This document shows positions 19,838 through 28,712 of a stretch of DNA of 64,000 bases, one piece after another. The notes beneath the pieces are model-generated. The model worked only from the letters and a program-made list of their open reading frames with translations, was not told where the DNA came from and made no database searches. How positions within the stretch are numbered: the first letter of the stretch is position 1; each line of letters starts with the position of its first letter. Location: assembly GCA_033851265.1 (NCBI GenBank), contig JAWWOW010000025.1, positions 79,386-143,385 of the forward strand, given 5' to 3'. This DNA comes from Frankiales bacterium. GTDB taxonomy: Bacteria > Actinomycetota > Actinomycetes > JAWWOW01. Both the position numbers and the translations under genes were made by a program.

Positions 19838-21058
19838 GTGAGCGAGCGGGCGTCATACGACGAGTACGACGCCGCTCGGCGTGGGCACGAAGCGGCGAAA
19901 GGTGCCGGCCTGCCGCGGTCGGCGTACGAACGCGACCGTGCCCGGGTGCTGCACAGCTCCGCACTGCGGCGGCTGGCGGCGAAGACGCAGGTGGTCGGTG
20001 TCGGCGTCGATGACTTCCCCCGGACGCGGCTGACGCATTCGCTCGAGTGTGCGCAGATCGGTCGCGAGCTCGGCGCGGCTCTTGGTGCGGATCCGGACAT
20101 CGTCGAAGCAGCGTGTCTCGCGCACGATCTCGGTCATCCGCCGTTCGGGCACACGGGGGAGGAGGCGCTGGCCGAGGCGTTGGCCGGCAGCGGTGGGTTC
20201 GAGGGGAACGCACAGAGCTTTCGCATCCTGACCAGGCTCGAGGCGAAGGCCTACGACGAGCAGCTCGGCAGCGTCGGGCTGAACCTCACCCGTGCCGTGC
20301 TCGACGCGTCGATCAAGTACCCGTGGACACGGCGCGAGGGAACACCGAAGTTTGGTGTGTACGCCGACGACGTCGATGCCTTCGAGTGGGTGCGAGGTGC
20401 GCGATTGGCGGATGACGGGGCGCGCTCGCTCGAGACGCAGGTGATGGACTGGGCCGACGACATCGCCTACTCGGTGCATGACCTCGAGGACGGCATTCAC
20501 GCGGGGCACATCAATTCAGCGCTGCTCGAGGATGCCGATGAGTGTGCAGCGCTGTTTGCGTTGACCGAGGAGACCTATCCCGGCTGTGATCGGGCCGAGT
20601 TGGAGCAGGCGTTGTACGGGCTACGCGCGGCGCCCTGGTGGGTGCGCGAGTACGACGCGAGCTACCGGTCGCTCGTTGGGCTGAAGCGGATGACGAGTGA
20701 GCTGATCGCGCGCTTCTGCGCTGCCGCCTTCGATGCAACGCGTGCGGCGTACGCCGGTCCGTTGCATCGGTACGACGCGGATCTGCTCGTTCCGGCGCGC
20801 GCGCGCGCGGAATGCGCCGTACTCAAGGGAGTTGCCGCGCGCTACGTGATGGCACGCGCAGGCGTCAAGGAGAAGCAAGCGCGTCAGCGCGAACTCGTCC
20901 ACGCGATCGTTGCCGCACTTCGCGAGCGGGCTCCCGATGCGCTGGACCCGTGGCTGCGTTCGACGTGGGAGAACGCACCCGACGATGCCGCACGCATGCG
21001 CGTGATTGCCGATCAGGTTGCGTCCCTGACTGATACGTCGGCGTTGGCTTGGCTGTGA
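19838..21058 (+). CDS. dgt: dGTP triphosphohydrolase-like HD-domain protein
   Basis: HD motif LAHDLGHPPFGH and the dGTPase N-terminal pattern RDRARVLHSSALRRLAAKTQV. It lies upstream of dnaG as in mycobacteria. Confidence 0.85.
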   Translation: MSERASYDEYDAARRGHEAAKGAGLPRSAYERDRARVLHSSALRRLAAKTQVVGVGVDDFPRTRLTHSLECAQIGRELGAALGADPDIVEAACLAHDLGHPPFGHTGEEALAEALAGSGGFEGNAQSFRILTRLEAKAYDEQLGSVGLNLTRAVLDASIKYPWTRREGTPKFGVYADDVDAFEWVRGARLADDGARSLETQVMDWADDIAYSVHDLEDGIHAGHINSALLEDADECAALFALTEETYPGCDRAELEQALYGLRAAPWWVREYDASYRSLVGLKRMTSELIARFCAAAFDATRAAYAGPLHRYDADLLVPARARAECAVLKGVAARYVMARAGVKEKQARQRELVHAIVAALRERAPDALDPWLRSTWENAPDDAARMRVIADQVASLTDTSALAWL

Positions 21059-21495
21059 TCCGCCGCGTCGAGGCTGCCGTCATCCGGCCGCTGCGCCGCG
21101 AGATTCTGCGGCCGACTCGGCCGCCGGACGCGTCCGTCTACGACCAGGACGACAACCCCCAGACGGTGCATCTCGCGGCGTACGACGACAGCGGTGCTCT
21201 GGTCGGCTGCGTGACGGTCTTCCCGGAGCCGTACGACGACGATGCGGATGCCTGGCGCCTGCGCGGCATGGCGACCGTTGCTGAGGTCCGCGGCTCCGGT
21301 GTCGGCGCGGCGCTGCTTCAAGCGGCCATCGACGCGGCCATCGCTGCCGGCGCGCCACTGCTCTGGTGCAACGCGCGGGAGGCCGCCGAGGGGTTCTACG
21401 CGAAGTACGGGTTCGTCGGCGTCGGGGAGCTGTTCGACCTACCCGTCATCGGCCTGCACCGGCGCATGCACCTCGGCCTCCGACCGAGCGCCTGA
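21049..21495 (+). CDS. GNAT family N-acetyltransferase
   Basis: RGSGVGAALLQAAIDAA...AKYGFVGVGE is a GNAT A/B motif. The start overlaps the dgt stop. Confidence 0.65.
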   Translation: MAVIRRVEAAVIRPLRREILRPTRPPDASVYDQDDNPQTVHLAAYDDSGALVGCVTVFPEPYDDDADAWRLRGMATVAEVRGSGVGAALLQAAIDAAIAAGAPLLWCNAREAAEGFYAKYGFVGVGELFDLPVIGLHRRMHLGLRPSA

Positions 21496-22698
21496 CCGGA
21501 AGGCTGGGCCGGCGGCCAGGAACGCGAAGAAGAGCAGGCCGACAACGGTGGCGCGGCCCCACACGCCGACGACCAATGCCTGCTTGGCCAGACCGAAGTC
21601 GATGTCGCGGTACTGGACGTCGTAGTACCAGCGGAACAGGCCGAAGTAGAGCAGCAGGTCCATCGCGAAGAACGACAACCACCAACCCCAGCGCACTCGA
21701 ATGAGGACGAGGAACGGCGCGATCCACAGCGCGTACTGCGGTGAGAACACCTTCCCCAACAGCACGAACGCCAGCACCATCGCACCGCAGACCTGCACGA
21801 ACGGGTACTCGCCGTCGCGCTCCGCCCGCCACCACCCCACCGCAAGAGCCACCGCGAACGCCAGCCCGATCAGCGCCGGCGTCAGCGTGTTCAGGTCGGC
21901 TCGCGTCAACTGCGATGCGCCCCAGACCCAGATGCTGTTGCTGGTCAGGTCCGCGTTGCGGAGGCGTTGGAAGTCGTATGGCGCCCACCATGCCGAGGGG
22001 TTCGCGATGAGGAATGGCACGTTGACGGCGGCGAATGTGCCCACTCCGATCGCCACCGTCCGCGCGGCACCACGCCGATCCCCAGCAGCGAGCCGGTGCA
22101 GCACTAACGGCGCGAGGAAGAACAGTGGGAACAGCTTCAGGCAGCCTCCGATCGCGAGCCAGAACGCTGCCCATCCATAGCGCTCGCGCCACCACGCATA
22201 GATGCCGCCGACCATCGCCGCGACGACGAGCAGATCCCAGTTGTGAAACGCGTACAAGACGATGGACGGGGCGCCCGCAAACAACAATGCGCGCCATCCG
22301 GTCATTCGCTGCAACAGGTACGCCGCAAGCAGACCGAACGGAGCGAGGAGTACAGCGGACACGACGAGGTAACCATCCGGGCCGTCCACGAAGAGTCCGG
22401 CGAACCACGTGAACACGGCGGTGAGCACGGGATACTCGATCGCGCCGCCCACCAACGCCGTCGCGTCGTTGGTCGCGTTGTGGACGAGCTTCCCGTGGAC
22501 GGGGAAGACATGCTCGGAGATGCCGCGTTGGTCGTACAGGAACTGGATGTCGTTGTAGCAACCGGCGGAGAACTGCTGGCCGTGCCAATCGTCGTAGGGG
22601 ATGCACGGTGACTTGAAGAAGAAGCCCGCAAGAAGCATCACGCCCATGACCAGGAGAACTGCTCCTGTCGCGGAGATGGCTACCCGGCGCGGTGTCAT
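21439..22698 (-). CDS. Polytopic membrane protein, DUF2029/GT87-like (putative mannosyl/glycosyltransferase)
   Basis: ~10 TM helices, Trp-rich, with conserved periplasmic loops; resembles GT87 family proteins of actinobacteria. Confidence 0.5.
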   Translation of the reverse strand: MTPRRVAISATGAVLLVMGVMLLAGFFFKSPCIPYDDWHGQQFSAGCYNDIQFLYDQRGISEHVFPVHGKLVHNATNDATALVGGAIEYPVLTAVFTWFAGLFVDGPDGYLVVSAVLLAPFGLLAAYLLQRMTGWRALLFAGAPSIVLYAFHNWDLLVVAAMVGGIYAWWRERYGWAAFWLAIGGCLKLFPLFFLAPLVLHRLAAGDRRGAARTVAIGVGTFAAVNVPFLIANPSAWWAPYDFQRLRNADLTSNSIWVWGASQLTRADLNTLTPALIGLAFAVALAVGWWRAERDGEYPFVQVCGAMVLAFVLLGKVFSPQYALWIAPFLVLIRVRWGWWLSFFAMDLLLYFGLFRWYYDVQYRDIDFGLAKQALVVGVWGRATVVGLLFFAFLAAGPAFRSGARSEAEVHAPVQADDG

Positions 22699-22701
22699 GC
22701 G

Positions 22702-23451
22702 TCAGCAGTACGACGTGCAGCTCGGCGTGTCACCCTGACGGCGGTGCTCAGCGGCAACGGCCGCAGCAGGTGATCGGTTGCCACCGGCCTTCCACGAGTC
22801 GAGATAGGGCCAGGGGTAGACCTCGCCCCGGCGTACCCACCACACGCCCGGGCCGGTCGGCCACGACAGGCCGAAGTGCAGGTGGGTTCCGGTGCCGCGA
22901 GCCGAACCCGAGTCACCGACGTACCCCAGCAGTTGGCCGACCGTGACGCGCACCCCCGGTCGGATCCCGGACGCGACCTTTTGCAAGTGCGAGCCGTAGT
23001 AGCGGACGCCGTCGCTGCCGACGATCGAGACCGACCGACCGCCGCGGTCCGCGCCCTTGTTGGTCGAGGAGTTCCAGTTGTCGGTGTAGCTGACCTCGTC
23101 GACGACGCCGTTGGTCGGCGCCACGAAGCGACAGTTGCGCGCGGCGAAGATGTCGGTTGCCGGGTAGTCGTGGTGGGAGTGGCCGTACGACGTCGAACAT
23201 CCCGCGATGGGGAAGTCGTAGGTGCCGCCCGACGCCACGTGCACTGGAGCCTTGGTGGCGCTTCTCTTGGGCGTCGGCTTCGGTGTCGCCGACGTGGTCG
23301 GGCTCGGACGCGGTGAGGGTGTGGCGCTCGGCGTCGGCGACGTCGTGACCGTCGGCTCGGGCGTCGGGGCGGCATTGTGTTTCGGCGTACTGCCACAGGC
23401 GGACGCCACCAACGCGCAGGTGATCATGAGCAGGGGGAGTCGCCGAAGCAC
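22702..23451 (-). CDS. M23 family metallopeptidase lipoprotein
   Basis: Lipobox LVASAC, a Pro/Thr-rich linker, and the M23 motifs HHDYPATD and GTHLHFG. Confidence 0.75.
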   Translation of the reverse strand: MLRRLPLLMITCALVASACGSTPKHNAAPTPEPTVTTSPTPSATPSPRPSPTTSATPKPTPKRSATKAPVHVASGGTYDFPIAGCSTSYGHSHHDYPATDIFAARNCRFVAPTNGVVDEVSYTDNWNSSTNKGADRGGRSVSIVGSDGVRYYGSHLQKVASGIRPGVRVTVGQLLGYVGDSGSARGTGTHLHFGLSWPTGPGVWWVRRGEVYPWPYLDSWKAGGNRSPAAAVAAEHRRQGDTPSCTSYC

Positions 23452-23485
23452 CGAGCCAGGCTACGTGCCACCCCCGCCTGCGCCG

Positions 23486-23549
23486 CGCCGATCTTGAGGT
23501 TTGGCACCCTGGAAACGCTGATTAGACGTTGCAAAGCTCAAGATCGGCG
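23486..23549. promoter_or_regulatory. Perfect 13-bp inverted repeat (CGCCGATCTTGAG / CTCAAGATCGGCG) with a 38-nt spacer, in the divergent M23-dnaG intergenic region
   Basis: Read directly from the sequence: the repeat arms are at 23486-23498 and 23537-23549. It is either a long stem-loop in a 5' UTR or paired operator half-sites. Confidence 0.4.
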
Positions 23550-23642
23550 GAGGGTGACGGTGGCCCTCGTTAGACTCGGCCTGTCCGACGGCGGTCACCT
23601 TCCCCGACCCCAAGCGGTTTGCGTACGACGGAGGGAGGTGCC

Positions 23643-25493
23643 ATGGCTGGACGCATCAGTGATGTCGACATCGCGCGGGTGCGCGAGGAGTCGCCGATCG
23701 CCGACATCGTCGGTGAGCACCTTCAGTTGCGTAACGCCGGCGGTGGCTCGCTGAAGGGGCTGTGCCCCTTCCACGACGAGAAGACGCCGTCCTTCCACGT
23801 CACGCCCGCCAGAGGTTATTTCCACTGCTTCGGCTGCCAAGTCGGCGGCGATGTCATCTCATTCGTGCAGCAGATCGACCACCTGACGTTCACCGAGGCC
23901 ATCGAGCGGCTCGCCGCGCGCGCGGGTGTCGAGCTTCACTACGAGCAAGGCGGTTCCGCTGCACGCCCGCAGCAGGGTGATCGGCAGCGGCTGGTTCTTG
24001 CACATGCGGCGGCAGCCGAGTTCTACTCCGAGCAGTTGACGACACCCGGCGCGCTCGTCGGGCGAGAGTTTCTCGACCAGCGCGGCTTCGATCAAGCCGC
24101 CGCCGAGCAGTTCAGCGTCGGTTTCGCGCCCGACGACTGGGATCAACTTGTCGTCCATCTCCGTGGCCGCGGCTTCACCGACAAAGAGCTCCTCGTCGGT
24201 GGCCTCGCACGCGAGGGTCAGCGTGGCCCGATCGACCGGTTCCGTGGCCGGTTGCTGTGGCCGATCCGCGACATCACCGGCGACGTCATCGGGTTCGGTG
24301 CCCGCCGCCTGCTGGACAGCGACCCGGTGCAGGCGAAGTACCTCAACACTCCCGATACGCCGCTCTACAAGAAGAGCACCGTCTTGTACGGCGTCGACCT
24401 CGCCAAGCGCGACATCGCCCGCCAGATGCGTGCCGTTGTCGTCGAGGGCTACACCGACGTGATGGCGTGTCACCTCGCCGGCGTACCGACCGCCGTTGCA
24501 TCGTGCGGCACGGCCTTCGGCAGTGACCACATCAAGGTGCTCCGCCGGCTGCTCATGGACCAGGACGAGTTCCGCGGCGAGGTCATCTTCACCTTCGACG
24601 GGGACGAGGCCGGTCGCAAGGCCGCGTTGCGTGCCTTCCAGGACGACCAGCAGTTCGTCGCGCAGACCTTCGTGGCCGTTCAGCCGGACGGGCTCGACCC
24701 GTGCGACCTGCGCTTGAAGCATGGTGACCTGGCGGTTCGCGACCTTGTCGCCAACCGCAAGCCGATGTTCGAGTTCGCCATTCGGTCGGTGCTCGACTCC
24801 TATGACCTCGAATCGGCGGAGGGGCGCACCGCCGCGCGCCGCGCCACGATGAACATCGTGCGTGACATTCGCGCGGTCGATCTCCGCAAGGAATACGCCC
24901 GCCGTCTCGCGGGCTGGCTCGGCGTCTCCGACCCCAACGAGATGGTCGCCGAGGCACGTGGTGACGTGATCGACGTACGCCGGTCCACCCGCTCGCCCGT
25001 CGCAGCGCGGCCGGACCCACGCGATCCCGGGCTGCAGATCGAGCGGGAGGCCGCCAAGCTGGCCGTCCAACGGCCCGCCCTCGTCGGACCGGTGTTCGAC
25101 GCAGTTGACGCCGAGGTGTTCACGGCTCCGGCGTACGCGATGATCCGCACCGCGGTCGCCGCGGCTGGTGGCACGACGAGTGCGACCGGCGGCGAGGCGT
25201 GGGTGACCGCGTTGCTCGAGCACGCGCCCGATGACACTGCGCGGAGCTTGATCACCGAGCTCGCGGTGGAGCCGCTGCGGGCTACTACAGATGATGATCC
25301 GCGCTACGCCGGTGCAGTGCTTGCTCGATTACGCGAGTTGCAGGCAACGCGTCTGATCGCAGAGCTCAAAGGTCGTCTCCAGCGCGTCAATCCGGTCGAA
25401 GAGGCCGAGAACTACAACAGGATGTTCGGTGAATTGGTTGCACTGGAGCAACATCGGCGCGGTCTTAGAGAGCAAGGTCTCGCCGAACTCTGA
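23643..25493 (+). CDS. dnaG: DNA primase
   Basis: Zinc-binding region CPFHDEKTPSFHV...YFHCFGCQVGGDVISF; the TOPRIM motifs EGYTDVMA; ~616 aa. Confidence 0.9.
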   Translation: MAGRISDVDIARVREESPIADIVGEHLQLRNAGGGSLKGLCPFHDEKTPSFHVTPARGYFHCFGCQVGGDVISFVQQIDHLTFTEAIERLAARAGVELHYEQGGSAARPQQGDRQRLVLAHAAAAEFYSEQLTTPGALVGREFLDQRGFDQAAAEQFSVGFAPDDWDQLVVHLRGRGFTDKELLVGGLAREGQRGPIDRFRGRLLWPIRDITGDVIGFGARRLLDSDPVQAKYLNTPDTPLYKKSTVLYGVDLAKRDIARQMRAVVVEGYTDVMACHLAGVPTAVASCGTAFGSDHIKVLRRLLMDQDEFRGEVIFTFDGDEAGRKAALRAFQDDQQFVAQTFVAVQPDGLDPCDLRLKHGDLAVRDLVANRKPMFEFAIRSVLDSYDLESAEGRTAARRATMNIVRDIRAVDLRKEYARRLAGWLGVSDPNEMVAEARGDVIDVRRSTRSPVAARPDPRDPGLQIEREAAKLAVQRPALVGPVFDAVDAEVFTAPAYAMIRTAVAAAGGTTSATGGEAWVTALLEHAPDDTARSLITELAVEPLRATTDDDPRYAGAVLARLRELQATRLIAELKGRLQRVNPVEEAENYNRMFGELVALEQHRRGLREQGLAEL

Positions 25494-25590
25494 GCACGGT
25501 TAGGCCGGTTATGCGGTGAGGGGTACGGTTTTGCTCACCGGGATGCCGGAGCGACCGAGGTAACGACATGGCGCGGACGTTGAGCAGTGA

Positions 25591-26775
25591 GTGGGTACGT
25601 CGGTGAGCCACCCGACACTGCCGCGCCCAACGCTGGAGCTCGCGCTTCCCGATGAGATTCGTGACCTGATTTCGAAGGGCCGCGGCGCCGGTTTTCTGAC
25701 CTCCGAAGACATCGGCGCTGCGCTGGGCGCGGCCGAGCTTCCTCCGGAAGCAACCGACTCGGTGTTGCAATCGATCATTGACCAAGGCATTGAGATCGTT
25801 GACGCGGCGTTCGAAGACGACGAGCCCCAGCCGGCACCGGTAGAAGAGGATTCGGCGATCCGGGTGCCGACCTCGGACCCGGTGCGGATGTATCTGAAGG
25901 AGATCGGGCGCGTCCAGCTGCTGACAGCGGTGGAAGAAGTCGACCTGGCAACGCGCATCGAGGCCGGCTTGTTTGCATCGGAGAAGCTGACGCTCGACCC
26001 AACGGTCGGCGACGTTCTGCAACGCGAGCTCGAAGCCATTGAACGCGATGGGCAGATCGCGAAGAAGCGGCTGGTCGAAGCGAACCTCCGCCTTGTCGTG
26101 TCCATCGCCAAGCGGTACGTCGGTCGCGGCATGCTTTTCCTCGACCTGATCCAGGAAGGCAATCTCGGCCTGATCCGCGCGGTCGAGAAGTTCGACTACA
26201 CCAAGGGCTACAAGTTCTCGACGTACGCAACATGGTGGATCCGGCAGGCGATCACGCGTGCGATCGCTGACCAAGCACGGACTATTCGCATTCCGGTGCA
26301 CATGGTCGAGACCATCAACAAACTCGTGCGGATCCAGCGTCAGCTGTTGCAGGATCTCGGCCGCGAACCCACGCCCCAGGAGATCGGCAAGGAGATGGAT
26401 CTCCCGGCGGACAAGGTGCTGGAGATCCAAAAGATCAGTCAGGAGCCGGTGTCGTTACAGACACCGATCGGTGAGGAAGAAGACTCGAGTCTCGGCGACT
26501 TCATCGAAGACAACGACGCGATCGTGCCGATCGACGCGGCCAGCTTCATCATGTTGCAAGAGCAGCTCGACTCGATCCTGCACACCCTGTCCGAACGCGA
26601 GACGAAGGTCATCCAACTGCGGTTCGGCTTGGCCGATGGACATCCGCGCACGCTCGAAGAAGTCGGCCGAGAGTTCGGCGTCACGCGCGAACGCATCCGC
26701 CAGATCGAGTCCAAGACGCTGTCGAAGCTGCGGCACCCGAGCCGCTCGCAGCAGCTCCGCGACTACCTGGATTAG
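25591..26775 (+). CDS. RNA polymerase sigma-70 factor, group 1/2 (RpoD/SigA/SigB-like), immediately downstream of dnaG
   Basis: Regions 1.2 ([23 protein letters not shown]), 2 ([40 protein letters not shown]), 3 and 4 (HTH: [26 protein letters not shown]) are all present. Confidence 0.85.
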   Translation: MGTSVSHPTLPRPTLELALPDEIRDLISKGRGAGFLTSEDIGAALGAAELPPEATDSVLQSIIDQGIEIVDAAFEDDEPQPAPVEEDSAIRVPTSDPVRMYLKEIGRVQLLTAVEEVDLATRIEAGLFASEKLTLDPTVGDVLQRELEAIERDGQIAKKRLVEANLRLVVSIAKRYVGRGMLFLDLIQEGNLGLIRAVEKFDYTKGYKFSTYATWWIRQAITRAIADQARTIRIPVHMVETINKLVRIQRQLLQDLGREPTPQEIGKEMDLPADKVLEIQKISQEPVSLQTPIGEEEDSSLGDFIEDNDAIVPIDAASFIMLQEQLDSILHTLSERETKVIQLRFGLADGHPRTLEEVGREFGVTRERIRQIESKTLSKLRHPSRSQQLRDYLD

Positions 26776-27149
26776 GAAAGTCAACCCAACGGTTGCTCCG
26801 TTCGGCCGATGCCAAATTGCCCAGCGTCGGCCAATCTGATCAAGCCACCGCCGGGGAGGGTGGCGGGGGACGTGTTGATCCGGGTGGTCCCCACCGACTG
26901 CGGGCCTACTGCCCTGTCCGTCCGCAGCACGGAGACGTTCGGTCGCCAGACCACCCGAGGAGCGAGTGGCGAGACCGACCCAGTTCCGGGAAGCCGGGTG
27001 TTCCATGCCCGGCCGGGGTGAGCGTGACCGGTCCGCACTGGGGGAGACCGCGCATCGCTGACCGACCCGGCGCAGCGCACGGGGGACTGCGACGGTGTCG
27101 CTCACCACGGCCGGGCACGGGATGCCCTCCACGAAACTGGAGGCATTGG
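26776..27149 (+). promoter_or_regulatory. Long (~375 nt) GC-rich, potentially structured leader or intergenic region upstream of the small secreted protein gene
   Basis: No credible ORF is present. Multiple local inverted repeats occur (e.g. gggtggtccccacc, ccgggaagccgg). The downstream ATG is preceded by CTGGAGG. Confidence 0.25.
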
Positions 27150-27620
27150 ATGCAGGGAAACGTACGACGCAAGGTCCTGGCTTTTGCTGCAGCGGCAACG
27201 CTCGGCATCGGTGGGCCGATCGCTCTGGGCGCAGTCTCATGGGAGGCCGTCGCAGGGGATCACAGCAATGGAACCAGCGGTACGAGTGGTGACCCAAGTC
27301 AGCCACAGCCGCTGAGCAATGCCGACCAGAACAGCGGTGGTGCGAACGGGCAGTGCCCGGGCGCTACCTATTGTTCGACCCGCGATGGGTCGGCGTCGCA
27401 GAATGGCAACGGCAACGGGAACGCCAATGGCAAGCCGTGTGCTGGCTGTGTTGGCAAGGCAGACAACAAGAACCCTCCGGGTCAGGAGAAGCAGGACCCG
27501 GCTGGGACGTTCCCGAACAACGGTTATGAGTGCGACAACAACAACGGGGTCGGCAAGACCAACCCGGCTCACACCGGGTGCGCTTCGGCGTCGCCGTCAC
27601 CGGAGCCCAACCCGTACTAA
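27150..27620 (+). CDS. Small secreted Gly/Asn/Cys-rich protein of unknown function
   Basis: ATG at 27150 with RBS CTGGAGG; signal peptide MQGNVRRKVLAFAAAATLGIGGPIALGA. The mature region carries GNGNGNANG repeats and 6 Cys (CPGATYC, CAGC, C...C). Confidence 0.5.
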   Translation: MQGNVRRKVLAFAAAATLGIGGPIALGAVSWEAVAGDHSNGTSGTSGDPSQPQPLSNADQNSGGANGQCPGATYCSTRDGSASQNGNGNGNANGKPCAGCVGKADNKNPPGQEKQDPAGTFPNNGYECDNNNGVGKTNPAHTGCASASPSPEPNPY

Positions 27621-27690
27621 ACCGCTAGGCGATTCGCGCGAAGCGGCCGGCAACCCCACGTTGCTGGCCGCTTTCGTGTGAACTAGGGGT

Positions 27691-28221
27691 GTGGCCCGCC
27701 TGCGTAACCTCCTCATCCGCCTGCGTGGTGGCGAGCCGTTGCCCGCTGGCGTGACCATGCCGCTGGAACGCCGGGAACGCATTTTGACCTGGGGTCGTGT
27801 CCGCGGCGGGGCCATCGCCGCCGCAACCGATGTCGGGCTGCGGATCGTCGGACCTGATCATGTGCCCACGCTGCATCGGTGGCACGAGATCGCTCGTGCT
27901 GTTTGGGACGACGGCGCACTCGAGGTGGAGGGCACCGACCGCACGGTCGTGAGGTACCGGATGCCGGAGCCGCGCGGCGTTCCGGCCGCGGTTCGCGAGC
28001 ACGTCACAGCGACCGTTGTGGTGAGCGTTCGCCATGAGATCGGCGCAGGGGTTGGCATCCGCGCGGTCGCGCGGCGCAACCTGTCGACCGGTGAACTCGT
28101 CTGGTCCGCCGTACCCGACCGGGGGCTCGACCCGGGTGACCCGCAGATCCGCGCACAGGGCGAGGCGCTCGTCGAGCGAGTACGCCGACGGTATGCCGGC
28201 GAGCGCGGTCAGATGATCTGA
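27691..28221 (+). CDS. Hypothetical protein (possible bacterial PH-like domain)
   Basis: A 176 aa ORF with coding-like composition; no recognisable motif. Confidence 0.4.
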   Translation: MARLRNLLIRLRGGEPLPAGVTMPLERRERILTWGRVRGGAIAAATDVGLRIVGPDHVPTLHRWHEIARAVWDDGALEVEGTDRTVVRYRMPEPRGVPAAVREHVTATVVVSVRHEIGAGVGIRAVARRNLSTGELVWSAVPDRGLDPGDPQIRAQGEALVERVRRRYAGERGQMI

Positions 28222-28236
28222 CGCAATCAGCCCGGT

Positions 28237-28677
28237 CTAGCCGGTGCCCTCGGTGCCGCTCGTCGTCCCGAGGATCTGGTCGGCCCGGGTGCCGAACCCA
28301 CAGACCTGGGCGAGGGGAACGGCTTGCTGACGCAGCAACCCCTCATTAGCGGTGGCACGCAGGGCATCGCGCTTTTCGAGTGCTGCGACGTACGCCGTGG
28401 CGCTGCCGGCCAAGGCTCGTGCCGGCTCCGCCACCTCGGTGGTGGCCGACGCCGCCGCGGACTCGAGCGTCTCAGCCGCCGTCTTGTTGCGTTCGAGATC
28501 CTCGGGAGTCGCCTTGCGCGGGTCGACGAGGACGACCTGACGGGCGGCCGCGGTCACGGCTGCGCAGTCGCGTTCGCTGTCAGTCAGCTTGATGTCACTG
28601 CTACCGCCGCACGCGGCCGCGAGGCCCAGGGCGAGGATGGGAACGAGCCGCACGAGCTGGTTCTGGGCGCGTCGCAT
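28237..28677 (-). CDS. Lipoprotein of unknown function, downstream of the S8 peptidase gene
   Basis: Signal/lipobox MRRAQNQLVRLVPILALGLAAAC-GGSS. The upstream part of the maximal ORF (to 29187) runs out of frame over the S8 gene and was rejected. Confidence 0.55.
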   Translation of the reverse strand: MRRAQNQLVRLVPILALGLAAACGGSSDIKLTDSERDCAAVTAAARQVVLVDPRKATPEDLERNKTAAETLESAAASATTEVAEPARALAGSATAYVAALEKRDALRATANEGLLRQQAVPLAQVCGFGTRADQILGTTSGTEGTG

Positions 28678-28712
28678 TTGCGCAGCGTAGCCAGCAGCCG
28701 GGTCTCGTGGGG

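Noticed and set aside
21446-23396. Long antisense or alternative-frame ORFs (21446..22606 -, 22695..23396 -) over the GT87-like and M23 genes
   Set aside because: Arg/Pro-rich translations. The chosen frames have TM periodicity and M23 motifs respectively.
23859-25223. A 454-aa ORF antisense to dnaG
   Set aside because: A shadow ORF of an unambiguous primase gene.
25465-26430. A 321-aa ORF antisense to the sigma-70 gene
   Set aside because: A shadow ORF; the sigma factor regions 2-4 are unambiguous on the plus strand.
26776-27149. Possible cyclic-di-AMP (ydaO) riboswitch in the long leader
   Set aside because: A GGGGACCAC-like element is present only on the minus strand, and the overall consensus (ACGGGGA...CCGAA...) could not be matched by eye. 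It needs a covariance-model scan.
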